64,000 bases of DNA from Candidatus Aminicenantes bacterium (GTDB lineage Bacteria; Acidobacteriota; Aminicenantia; Aminicenantales; Aminicenantaceae): assembly GCA_016927475.1 (NCBI GenBank), contig JAFGMO010000012.1:21287-85286 (forward strand). The letters are read 5' to 3'. Numbering within the stretch: position 1 is the stretch's first letter; the number at the start of each line of letters is the position of its first letter. The notes under the pieces are model-generated. The model saw nothing but the letters and a program-made list of their open reading frames with translations, was not told where the DNA came from and searched no databases. The position numbers were made by a program, and so were the translations under genes. Positions 47,532-55,759 of the stretch are shown here, one piece after another.

Positions 47532-50500
47532 ATGGAGCAAAAGCGCAAAATAGATAAAGTCAGGGCGTCACGGGACGGCCATGAGTTTCATGAGGCCTGG
47601 ACGGCACGTAAGGCGACTCAGTTGCTATGGCCCGATGCCGAGTTGACTGCTATCGCCGTTGAAGGGCTTTCACCTTCTGATCAGGCTGGGGCGCCCGCGG
47701 CTACGATCGAAGTCGCTGACTTGACGTTCTATTATAAAGGTCCCCCGAATTTCAAGGATTCCGCCCGAACAACAATTGCCCAATTCAAATACTCCATTGC
47801 TGATCATAACAAGGACTTCCGTACCTCTCACGCAAAGAAGACAGTAAAAAAGTTTGGCGTGACCTATCGCTCATATAAACGAAAGTACGGTGCCAAAGCG
47901 GTTGATAATAAACTCGAATTTCAGCTCGTCACGAACCAGCCAATCAGCGAATCATTGCTTCAGGCCATTGAGGCAACGGCAACGGGATCGAGGATTAGCG
48001 GTGATGTTAAGGCGCAGGCAGAGCAGTTAAAGACGGCTTCCGGCTTGTCGGGAAAACCACTGGCTGCATTTGCGAGAAAGATGAAAATTATTGGCCGCTC
48101 TGGGAGCTTGCCGCAAACAAAGGGTGAGCTTGCCAGCATGCTCGTCGACTGGTCTGCCACGAGTGATCCGATTGCTTCCGCCCGGCTCGGGAAGCTTAGA
48201 GAACTTGTACGTGACAAGGCTGGTTATGCCGGTACTAACCGAAATCTGATCAGACGCACTGACGTGCTGGCCGCTCTTAAGATCGGTGACCCGAAAGACT
48301 TACTTCCCTGTGAAGCGGCTCTCGTCGATGTCGGCAAGGTACTGGAGCGGGAGCAGCTCCGCGAGGTCATGAACCGTATCGGAAGTACGTCAACGCCGCT
48401 TCTTATTCATGCGACGGGTGGCGTGGGCAAGACAGTCTTTATGGATTCGCTCGCCTCGAAGATCGCCTCAGACCACGAGATTGTTTTCTTCGATTGTTTT
48501 GGAGGCGGTGCTTACCGCTCTCCAGAAGACGCGCGACACTTACCCAAGAAGGGGCTCATTCATATTGCGAATACACTGGCATTTCGCGGCCTCTGCGATC
48601 CGATGCTCCCGGACAGTCCTGATGTGCACACTTTACTCAGCACGTTCCGCCGCCGCCTTACGCAGTGCCTGAACACCATCTCACGCATGATGCCAGGACG
48701 CAAGCTGGCGATTTTTATTGATGCCATCGACAATGCAGCCTTTGCTGCTGGCCAGGCAAGCGAAGACTGTTTTCCCATTAAGCTGCTGGAGACCCTCGAT
48801 ACGGAACCGATTGATGGCGTAAACCTTATCGTGTCCTGCCGTACAGAACGCAAGCCGAAAACCTATGCCAAGCTCGATGAATTCGAACTGTACCCTTTTA
48901 CCAAGGATGAAACAGCCACGTTTTTGCACGCGCGACTGAAGAGCGTCACAACCATAGAAATAAACGTTGCGCAAGCCCGGTCAGGCGGCAATCCGCGTGT
49001 GCTGGATTACCTGGTCAAGGCAGGTCGCGGCCTTCTTGATCCATCCGAGATCAACAAAGACATCGAGCTGGATGATCTGATTCAACAAAGAATCACGGAT
49101 GCGCTCTCTTTGGCCACAAAGCAGGGTTATAAGGAGAAGGACCTCAGTGCCTTTCTTGCAGGGCTCGCGGTGCTTCCTCCGCCGGTGCCTAAAGATGAGT
49201 ATGCCGCCGCTCATGGTATAGAGCTCGCCGCCATTGAGAGCTTTGCTTCGGACCTTAGCCCTCTACTAGAGCGCACCAATCACGGGCTCATGTTCCGTGA
49301 TGAGCCAACGGAAACACTGATCCACGAGCAATACGCGACATCACGTGATGCGCTTGAGCGTGTCGCATCCAATCTCCTTGCTCGCCAGGATGCGTCGGTA
49401 TATGCAGCCCGTGCGCTTCCGCGTCTGCTACACGAACTCGATGATAATGAGCGGCTGTTCGCACTTGCTTTCGATGATCGTATTCCTGCCTCAATTACCA
49501 GCACAGTTGGCAAGCGCAATATTCAATATGCCCGGCTTAAGGCAGCCACTTTGCACGCGGCTCTCAAGGTTGACTACAACAGCCTTGTACGGCTTCTCGT
49601 CGAGCTATCAACCTTAGCTGAGGTTGATCAGCGTGGAGCCAATTATCTACTGAAACATCCTGATCTTGTTGTTGCTGCCGAAGATGTTGACGCCCGGCGG
49701 CGACTATTTGAAATAAGAACGGCTTGGCCAGGAACACGACATGCGCGTCTTGCTATCGTCAATGTTTTATCGGGTGATCCGACAGAGGCGACCCGTCATG
49801 CACATGCAAATGAAGAGTGGATAAAGCATTACCGGCGCACAGAGCGAAACGATTTTGAGCGTGAACCAATTCCTGATCAGGCCGACATCGCTGCCACAAG
49901 TTTCTTTCTGATCTCGGAAGATCGCACAGAAAATGCGGCCGGCTACCTCACAGGTTGGCGGGACTGGTATGCCTTTGAAGTTTCTCAGCTCGTCCTCGGA
50001 TATGCGCATCTTGCGAGCTTGTTAGGAACTCAGCCCGCTCAACGGACTGAACAATTCATTGATGCGCTCTCCAGTATCGGTCCGATTGCGGCTGCTTTGT
50101 CTTTTCAAGAGCTGGCGAACTCTAAATGCAAGCCGCTTTGCGTCAAACTCGCTGCTCTCTGCAAGAAGGAGACAAAGCTTTACTTGCCGCAAAAAAGTTA
50201 CTCGCGCCCAAAAAACTACGAACTCGAAGACGGTCTAAGGAAGTCGGCCGCCATCGCGCTCTCATTGGGCCTCATCACTGAGGCACAATCTATTTCACTA
50301 AGAGCACGGCATGATCGGCCCGGTATCTGGGCATACCGTGACGCGTTCAACCACACAGAAGTATTCGCTAATATATTCCGAGTTGCCCTGCTTTCTGCTG
50401 CAAAGAAGCGCGCTATTCACGAGAAGGAACTGCTGCCAAAAGAGCTCGTATCGGTCTGCGCGCGCATTCCAAAGACCATTTCTGGAAAAACCTTCCGAGA

Positions 50501-53500
50501 AAAGGCCAAGGAAGAGCTCTCTAAGCTTCCGCGCAAGCCGCGTTACGAAGATGGGCAAACCAAGAACGTGGCGGCTAATGCCATTAGCTATGATGAGCAG
50601 CAGACGGCAGAGCGCTTTCTTGGCATCCGCCTGGAGCCGCTGCTTACTCTCACTGAGGCACTGTCGGCTGCACTCGCAGCATCGGCGCGGACCATTGATA
50701 AGCGCTTTGTCGAGCTTGTGGAAGCCTGGGAGCAGGCGCGAAAAAATCGCGATCACTACCGGGTTGAGGATATCGATCCCTTCTTTCAATTCTTGGGTCT
50801 CGACACTGTTCTCTTCATATTGTGGTCCCGTAGCGAGCTGAAGCCACAATCCATCGAGCGCATGCTGACAGCCGTACATGCCCACATGAGCAATGCCAGT
50901 GATTTGATTCGTATTGTCGCGATTCTATCGCAGCGAACCCCGCTGCACTCGATTGCGGGCGAGCAGGCCGTAAAGGCGCGCGAGATGATTAAGAAAGAGG
51001 ATGAAGTTACCTATCGGGCGTCTCTCTATGGTGCTCTTGGCCGGGCAATCCTTCCTGCCAGCCTTGATGAGGCTGCCTCCTATTTCCGGGATGGTCTGGA
51101 GCAGATGGATGCCATTGGTTCGGGTGATTACCAGTTCACGAATGAACTGCTCTTGTTCGCATCGGAGATGAAAGGTGACGAACTGGAAGAACGTGACTTT
51201 CACACGCTGAGCAATATCTGCGAACTCAATATGGGGGACGAGCCCGAGAAATTTTTCTGGGGTGCGTACGGTCGCGGCATGGCAAAGGCAGCCGGGATGC
51301 GTGGCCTATCCAAGCTCAGTCGCTGGGATGACCGCAACAGGATAGCTCTGGACAACACACTTCTCACCTATCTTACGGGGCTGCTCGAAGCGGGAAAGAT
51401 CGATCCAAAGGGCGCGCTTTGTCTAAACCGCCTCGCCAATCCGGTTGAATATTTCTATGCCGGGACGAAGGAGTTTGCCAAAGCGTTGCGCGCCCAGGCA
51501 GGGCCGGATGCTGAAGTGATTACAGAGCTGATAACACAGTTCGAGGATGACAATCCGACGATAGCGAGTGACGAGACTGTCGAGACACTTTATGCGCTGG
51601 CTGACGAAGCGCTGGGTGCATCGCATGATATAACGAAGCACCTCAAAGCCGCGCGGGACAGATACGAGACCGCAAGGCAAGGACGCAATACTGCGTATGG
51701 TAGTAGCAGCGACTTCGATCCGAAGATGCATAGAGAAGCTGCCAAACGTGACAATGCAAACCGGGAGGCACTCGCACGTATAGCTGAAGCGACGGACCCG
51801 ACCGACGAGGCATCGCTTGTAAAGGCCATCGACGAATTCAATGCACTTGGGAACATGTATGACCTAAAAGGTGGCTTCTTTTCCTCGCTGCGAGCCAAAG
51901 TGCCCTTTGCTGCGCGCGGCCAGTATGTGCGCAATGTTGCCAGTCTGGAGCATCTGTTCTTCTATTGGAAATTCGCAGAACTGAAAGATGCAAAGGAAGC
52001 CTGGGGCGAATCATCCGTAGCGCTTGCTGGTGTTTATAGGAGCCTGGCACAGCCGCTAATTCTTGCCCATGCCGATGATTTGGTCAATGACGGTCGGTTC
52101 TCGGGTTCGAGCATCAAGGAAATATCTGAGTTTACGGGTGTGTCTATGGCCGAACTCGTTCTTGAGGTGATAAAGGTCTTTTCACGTCCTGATAGCACGG
52201 CCGGTGGTTCGGTATGGCTTGCGCTTGCCAATTTCATATGTCCAGCAGCGGATGAAGGGCAGGGGCAACTTGCCCTGAAGCGCCTACTGTCTGGCGACTC
52301 GGCACGGATTGCCGACAACGTAACAGACGGTCCATGGAAAGCAGGCTGCTACCCCGCGGATGTCTTCGCCGAAATTGCTGCTGGGCTAATATGGCGTGTC
52401 CTCGGTTCGCCCCATGCGACTGACAGATGGCGCGCGGCTCACTGCATACGCCGATTTGCAAAGTTCGGGCGCTGGGACATTGTTGACACGGTTGTTGCCG
52501 CCTTTGATACGAAGACTGCTGAACCGTTTCAGGCACCAGAGCTTGTGTTCTATTACCTGCATGCACGGTTATGGCTCCTGATAACCCTGGCGCGGGCCGC
52601 GATCGATCATCCCGATCAGGTGGCGCGTTACAAGGATCTACTCTTGGCTGTCATCATGGAAAAAGATGAGCCGCATGTGCTTAAGCGCCACTTTGCCGCC
52701 AAAGCGCTTCTTGCCTGTATAGAACGCAGCAAACTGGTGCTTGACCCAGCCACGCTCAAGATTGTGCGTAATGCCGACAATTCCCCGAATCCGCGTTTAC
52801 GAAAGAAGATCCGCAACGGCGGCGGCTTCTATCAGGGCCGTCCGAAATCAGTATCCAAGCCTTCCTTTCGTTTTCATCTGGAGTATGACTTTAATAGGCA
52901 TGACGTTGATAACCTCGGCCGTGTCTTCGGCAAGGGCTGCTGGGAAGTTGATGACATGATGTCAAGCATCGTACAAAAGATTGATCCGTCAATGACGCAC
53001 ATGTATGAGGATGGTGACCGCGAGTACCGCGGGCAAAATTCTCATGGAATAACGACTCGCTTTCACGGCTATGGGCAACAGCTCGGCTGGCATGCACTAT
53101 TCATTGCTGCAGGCAAGCTGCTTGCCGCCAATCCTGTAACCAACGACTGGTGGTACGAGGACGACCCGTGGGGAGAGTGGCTTGGCCGCTACGTGCTTAC
53201 GCGAAAGGATGGATTGTGGCTATCCGATGGAACAGACAGGACTCCAGATGACGCATCTGTGAGGCTGCTTGAAACAAAGAAGAAGGGGCTTACGATAACC
53301 GGCGATCAGAAGAAGATTATGGGGCTTGCCGGCATAGATATTGAGAAAGGCATTGGTGAAGAACTGATTGTTCAGGGCAGATGGTATTCATCCGATGGTG
53401 TTGAAATCGGATTATCCTCTGCGCTTGTTCCACCCAAAAAGGCCGAGCAGTTTGCAAGAAAGCTCATTCGCGAAAAGCCGATACTGGCGTGGGTGCCTGC

Positions 53501-54005
53501 TTTCGAGGACGGCGAAGACGATGAAGAATATCTTCATAGTGATAAGAAGGGGTACTCACCTTGGATTGTCTGTCCATCCGGAGAAACACGTTTGGATGAA
53601 CATGATCCATATGGCGTTTCGGTTGCCAATCTTCGGCCGCGCCTTGCGCAAGATTATTCAGAGTTCTGTAAGCTGAAACAGCAAGATGAGTTCGGACGTT
53701 TCTGGAATAACAATCGTGGGACGCTTTCACTTCTAGCCCAAGCCTGGGGGCGCGATGAAACCAATCGAGAAGACGGCCCTCATCCGGGACTGCGGCTTCT
53801 CTGCAAGTCAAGTGTACTTAAGAATTTATTAATGAAGTATGACAGGGAACTGCTATTGCTCTTCAAACTTCAGCGTTATGAGAAAGAAAGTTATCGAAGC
53901 AGCGGACATTTTTTGCATTCTATCGGTGTAGTGAGGATTGATAAGTTGCTCAGTTTGGAGTACGTTAAGGGTCGCGTAAACTACTTACACAAGTCGGAGT
54001 GGTAG
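47532..54005 (+). CDS. giant STAND/NACHT-like P-loop NTPase (2157 aa): N-terminal unknown domain + NTPase + about 1500-aa helical repeat region; candidate defence protein (integron cassette R2)
   Basis: Walker A LLIHATGGVGKTVF (nt ~48409-48450), Walker B LAIFIDAIDNA (nt ~48707-48739), sensor-like LIVSCRTE and GxP-like ARSGGNPRVLDYL. The C-terminus is long and alpha-helical. GC ~57%. ATG 47532 has GAGG upstream. Confidence 0.6.
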   Translation: MEQKRKIDKVRASRDGHEFHEAWTARKATQLLWPDAELTAIAVEGLSPSDQAGAPAATIEVADLTFYYKGPPNFKDSARTTIAQFKYSIADHNKDFRTSHAKKTVKKFGVTYRSYKRKYGAKAVDNKLEFQLVTNQPISESLLQAIEATATGSRISGDVKAQAEQLKTASGLSGKPLAAFARKMKIIGRSGSLPQTKGELASMLVDWSATSDPIASARLGKLRELVRDKAGYAGTNRNLIRRTDVLAALKIGDPKDLLPCEAALVDVGKVLEREQLREVMNRIGSTSTPLLIHATGGVGKTVFMDSLASKIASDHEIVFFDCFGGGAYRSPEDARHLPKKGLIHIANTLAFRGLCDPMLPDSPDVHTLLSTFRRRLTQCLNTISRMMPGRKLAIFIDAIDNAAFAAGQASEDCFPIKLLETLDTEPIDGVNLIVSCRTERKPKTYAKLDEFELYPFTKDETATFLHARLKSVTTIEINVAQARSGGNPRVLDYLVKAGRGLLDPSEINKDIELDDLIQQRITDALSLATKQGYKEKDLSAFLAGLAVLPPPVPKDEYAAAHGIELAAIESFASDLSPLLERTNHGLMFRDEPTETLIHEQYATSRDALERVASNLLARQDASVYAARALPRLLHELDDNERLFALAFDDRIPASITSTVGKRNIQYARLKAATLHAALKVDYNSLVRLLVELSTLAEVDQRGANYLLKHPDLVVAAEDVDARRRLFEIRTAWPGTRHARLAIVNVLSGDPTEATRHAHANEEWIKHYRRTERNDFEREPIPDQADIAATSFFLISEDRTENAAGYLTGWRDWYAFEVSQLVLGYAHLASLLGTQPAQRTEQFIDALSSIGPIAAALSFQELANSKCKPLCVKLAALCKKETKLYLPQKSYSRPKNYELEDGLRKSAAIALSLGLITEAQSISLRARHDRPGIWAYRDAFNHTEVFANIFRVALLSAAKKRAIHEKELLPKELVSVCARIPKTISGKTFREKAKEELSKLPRKPRYEDGQTKNVAANAISYDEQQTAERFLGIRLEPLLTLTEALSAALAASARTIDKRFVELVEAWEQARKNRDHYRVEDIDPFFQFLGLDTVLFILWSRSELKPQSIERMLTAVHAHMSNASDLIRIVAILSQRTPLHSIAGEQAVKAREMIKKEDEVTYRASLYGALGRAILPASLDEAASYFRDGLEQMDAIGSGDYQFTNELLLFASEMKGDELEERDFHTLSNICELNMGDEPEKFFWGAYGRGMAKAAGMRGLSKLSRWDDRNRIALDNTLLTYLTGLLEAGKIDPKGALCLNRLANPVEYFYAGTKEFAKALRAQAGPDAEVITELITQFEDDNPTIASDETVETLYALADEALGASHDITKHLKAARDRYETARQGRNTAYGSSSDFDPKMHREAAKRDNANREALARIAEATDPTDEASLVKAIDEFNALGNMYDLKGGFFSSLRAKVPFAARGQYVRNVASLEHLFFYWKFAELKDAKEAWGESSVALAGVYRSLAQPLILAHADDLVNDGRFSGSSIKEISEFTGVSMAELVLEVIKVFSRPDSTAGGSVWLALANFICPAADEGQGQLALKRLLSGDSARIADNVTDGPWKAGCYPADVFAEIAAGLIWRVLGSPHATDRWRAAHCIRRFAKFGRWDIVDTVVAAFDTKTAEPFQAPELVFYYLHARLWLLITLARAAIDHPDQVARYKDLLLAVIMEKDEPHVLKRHFAAKALLACIERSKLVLDPATLKIVRNADNSPNPRLRKKIRNGGGFYQGRPKSVSKPSFRFHLEYDFNRHDVDNLGRVFGKGCWEVDDMMSSIVQKIDPSMTHMYEDGDREYRGQNSHGITTRFHGYGQQLGWHALFIAAGKLLAANPVTNDWWYEDDPWGEWLGRYVLTRKDGLWLSDGTDRTPDDASVRLLETKKKGLTITGDQKKIMGLAGIDIEKGIGEELIVQGRWYSSDGVEIGLSSALVPPKKAEQFARKLIREKPILAWVPAFEDGEDDEEYLHSDKKGYSPWIVCPSGETRLDEHDPYGVSVANLRPRLAQDYSEFCKLKQQDEFGRFWNNNRGTLSLLAQAWGRDETNREDGPHPGLRLLCKSSVLKNLLMKYDRELLLLFKLQRYEKESYRSSGHFLHSIGVVRIDKLLSLEYVKGRVNYLHKSEW

Positions 54006-54089
54006 GCATCTAAAGTCCACATCTGACCGATAAACTCGCGGAACGAAACGGGAAATTGTTGAAAATCCCAAGCACACGATGCTTGATTA

Positions 54090-54150
54090 GAACATAACCA
54101 ACATTTTGGAGCCGACCGAAAAACCTGGCGGCTCAAAATGAACGTTAGAT
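54090..54150 (+). other. attC-like recombination site (attC-R2), about 60 bp
   Basis: ACATAAC-CAACATTTTGGAGCC-GACCGAAAAACCTGGC-GGCTCAAAATGAAC-GTTAGAT. L'' has an extra G relative to L' (extrahelical), and R' GTTAGAT is identical to the aadA1 R'. It is followed by AAGGAG and ATG 54166. Confidence 0.6.
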
Positions 54151-54165
54151 GAAAGGAGATTTGTC

Positions 54166-54801
54166 ATGAAAAAGGCTTATCTATTATTGGTTCTATCCAG
54201 CAAGAAAGCTATTCTTTACTTTTTCGCTCTCTCCACTATTTCCTTAATAATCAATCCGCTCTATTCCTTGTCAGCCGAAGGTCCTATGGCAGATATTTTA
54301 GATATAGACGGTGCGTCCATATCGGCGGAATTTATCCAGGCTAATTGGGTGGCACCAGGCGACTGGAGGCGTGGTCTCATGCCAGCAGAGGCCCCTTCTA
54401 AATTAACCTCATATTTTGAGATAAAAATAACGGTCAAAGAGGGCAGAGTTATAACCTATGAAACAGTCAATATCCCTTTTAATGATATTAGATCCATTGA
54501 GGTTGATTGGTACAGAATTGACAAAAAAAGAAATACGATAACATTCAATATGCGCAATGGAAAAGCGATCATCTATGTTAAGGAATATGACAATGCAAGC
54601 CATGGAACGTACATAAAGAAAGACCCAAATGGGAATATTTTGTCCAAAGTACCTGCTCCAGATTCACGTCTTACAATCGGAGAATACCAGGGAGTTCCAT
54701 TTGAGTTTGTTGGATTTAAAGGCAGGGCAATAATGAAATCGGGAAAAATCGGTGAATTCTCTATTCCTTACCGGGACGTTAAAAAGTTAGTATTTAAATA
54801 G
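54166..54801 (+). CDS. secreted hypothetical protein (integron cassette R3), low GC
   Basis: Signal peptide; no family recognised. It lies between attC-R2 and attC-R3. Confidence 0.4.
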   Translation: MKKAYLLLVLSSKKAILYFFALSTISLIINPLYSLSAEGPMADILDIDGASISAEFIQANWVAPGDWRRGLMPAEAPSKLTSYFEIKITVKEGRVITYETVNIPFNDIRSIEVDWYRIDKKRNTITFNMRNGKAIIYVKEYDNASHGTYIKKDPNGNILSKVPAPDSRLTIGEYQGVPFEFVGFKGRAIMKSGKIGEFSIPYRDVKKLVFK

Positions 54802-54804
54802 TAT

Positions 54805-54870
54805 TCATCTAACAACGGCATTAAGGCCGACGGTAAAAAAGCCGCCGCGCCTTATGCCGCAGCGTTATGC
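54805..54870 (+). other. attC-like recombination site (attC-R3)
   Basis: ATCTAACAACGGCATTAAGGCCGAC...GCCTTATGCCGCAGCGTTATGC. R'' ATCTAAC is a perfect RYYYAAC and the 5' arm is close to the aadA attC (GTCTAACAATTCGTTCAAGCCGAC). L'' carries an extra A. R' GTTATGC overlaps the ParE stop on the opposite strand. Confidence 0.6.
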
Positions 54871-55161
54871 GGAATCAGACGGCTCAACAATCTCCTGTGC
54901 TCCGTGCCAGACAGCGACAATCCAAATCGTCTTCTTCTCAACGCGATAAAAGAAACGATATGGATTGATCATAATTTCGCGATGCGCCAATTCCGGGAAC
55001 TCAGGAATCACTCGACCAGACTCCGGAAATCTTTCTAGACGTCGGAGAACCCGTTCGGACCTCTCACGAAAACGCTGTGCTGCGGAAGGCTTATCTCTAC
55101 GGATGTATACAAGTGCCTCAAGAAATTGCAGACGAGCCGAGGGCGTGAACCGAACCCTCAC
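54865..55161 (-). CDS. parE: type II toxin, RelE/ParE family (cassette R4)
   Basis: RelE/ParE fold signature (PSARLQFLEALVYIRRD...RFFYRVEKKTIWIVAVWHGAQ). Confidence 0.85.
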   Translation of the reverse strand: MRVRFTPSARLQFLEALVYIRRDKPSAAQRFRERSERVLRRLERFPESGRVIPEFPELAHREIMINPYRFFYRVEKKTIWIVAVWHGAQEIVEPSDSA

Positions 55162-55439
55162 GCCTCACCCTCCCGAAGAAGGGCATCCGCCTCTCGAAGC
55201 ACGCTATCTAGCGAATATCCTTTGCCCTTTGCGATCTCCCTTTCCCCCAACGCGAGCAGGCGCAGTAACTCCCGCTCATGCTGTGAACGTTCGTAGGCTT
55301 CGAGGTTCAACAGAACAGCAGTCGCCCGCCCTCTCTGGGTTATAACAAGGGGTTCCTCGGATTTTTGAAGCTCTTTCAGTACAGACGCTGCGTCCTGCCG
55401 CAGGTCTGTAATAGGAATTATTTTTGGAACTTTCGCCAT
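55158..55439 (-). CDS. phd: type II antitoxin, Phd/YefM family
   Basis: Phd/YefM N-terminal motif (IPITDLRQDAASVLKELQKSEEPLVITQRGRATAVLL). 4-nt overlap with parE. Confidence 0.85.
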   Translation of the reverse strand: MAKVPKIIPITDLRQDAASVLKELQKSEEPLVITQRGRATAVLLNLEAYERSQHERELLRLLALGEREIAKGKGYSLDSVLREADALLREGEA

Positions 55440-55513
55440 ATGACACCTCCAATGGTACGCTTAATAATACCGTATGGCGTATCATAAATCAACGTATTAT
55501 CTCCGCATAACGC

Positions 55514-55590
55514 GTGCATAACCGGTAAAAACGTTTGGCGCGGCCTTTGTACCAAAGGGCGTGACGAGCGGTTTTGTCCGTGGTTATGCG
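55514..55590 (+). other. attC-like recombination site (attC-R4), probable distal end of the right cassette array
   Basis: GCATAAC-CGGTAAAAACGTTTGG-CGCGGCCTTTGTACCAAAGGGCG-...CGGTTTTGTCCGTG-GTTATGC. R''/R' pair as TAAC/GTTA, with a central CCTTTG/CAAAGG stem and bulged arms. Confidence 0.45.
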
Positions 55591-55759
55591 TATTCTTTCT
55601 ATTTCTACAAACGGAATTAATTTATTGAATATAAACCTTCTTCCCGGATTCAGGGTCCAACATAGGGATCAGAGTGTGGGGACATTTAACCTGCTCTTTA
55701 ACGCCCTGTTTTATGGATCAGCTGGAGAGGCAACGACACTGCGATAAATCAGCCCGGTG

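Larger units (their letters stand above)
44107..55590. mobile_element. degenerate two-armed integron: intI pseudogene flanked by inverted attI-like 140-bp repeats, with leftward and rightward cassette arrays
   Basis: Assembled from the intI remnant, the paired 140-bp repeats ending in GTTA cores, five or six attC-like sites with correct polarity, and cassette-type gene organisation (ORF start with RBS just after each R' box). Confidence 0.6.
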
